Shown here: piece by piece, positions 63,890 to 64,000 of the stretch
Layout of the letters: each line of letters begins with the position of its first letter
Position numbering within the stretch: the first letter of the stretch is position 1
Assembly: GCA_964460395.1 (NCBI GenBank)
Contig: CAYWQS010000007.1
Coordinates: 11,135-75,134, forward strand
DNA: 64,000 nt
Origin: an uncultured Solibacteraceae bacterium
Lineage (GTDB): Bacteria; Acidobacteriota; Terriglobia; Bryobacterales; Bryobacteraceae
Direction: 5' to 3'
The notes under the pieces: generated by a model
Told to the model about the DNA's origin: nothing
The model's database searches: none
Seen by the model: only the letters and a program-made list of their open reading frames with translations
Translations under genes and position numbers: made by a program

Positions 63890-64000
63890 ATGACACGCCG
63901 TTCTCTTTTCCTAACGCTCGGTGGGGGCGCCGCCGCTGCCAGTTCCCTGTCAGGTGAGATCCGGTGGCCGGGAGGGCCCCCGCCGGGCTGTCCTTTGGAG
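63890..64000 (+). CDS. Partial CDS (3' truncated) with twin-arginine signal
   Basis: ATG 63890: MTRRSLFLTLGGGAAAASSLSGE... (T-R-R-x-L-F-L Tat motif). It runs off the window end, so the function is unknown. Confidence 0.4.
   Translation, partial: MTRRSLFLTLGGGAAAASSLSGEIRWPGGPPPGCPLE

Overview
High-GC bacterial chromosomal segment with dense coding on both strands. The gene content looks like Acidobacteriota of the Solibacter/Bryobacter type, but that is inference only. It rests on three CarboxypepD_reg-type TonB-dependent receptors, two CRTAC1 (FG-GAP + ASPIC/UnbV) proteins, a DUF5107-TPR giant and HpnH.

About 1-45.5 kb is mostly housekeeping:
- metal handling and regulation: copA (5' truncated), an ECF sigma/anti-sigma pair, a TetR regulator
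- translation and cofactor genes: rsmA, purU, hpnH, gltX, glnS, a carbamoyltransferase, nadE, hemY-hemE-apbE-rbfA
- carbohydrate/phosphate and transport genes: GH57, a propeller-phosphoesterase, a MATE pump
- heat shock and repair: dnaK-dnaJ-hspR, mutM, greB
- two HicAB toxin-antitoxin pairs and a small lower-GC islet interrupt this block

About 46-64 kb is an accessory-looking block dominated by secreted beta-propeller, FG-GAP and c-type haem proteins. Three observations stand out there:
1. A tightly coupled six-gene minus-strand operon encodes a CRTAC1 protein, a nine-CXXCH cytochrome/beta-propeller/di-haem-peroxidase fusion, a Reg_prop propeller, two orphan LivK-type binding proteins and a RidA-like protein.
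2. A nearby gene encodes a PD40 propeller with a single C-terminal CXXCH, an HzsA-like architecture.
3. A roughly 75-nt conserved 5' element occurs in front of exactly these two transcription units.

I saw no rRNA, tRNA, CRISPR array or intact transposase. All calls come from reading the supplied translations and the nucleotide sequence. No searches were run, so family names are motif-based recognitions. Many long ORFs in the track are antisense or out-of-frame shadows typical of high-GC DNA and were not called.
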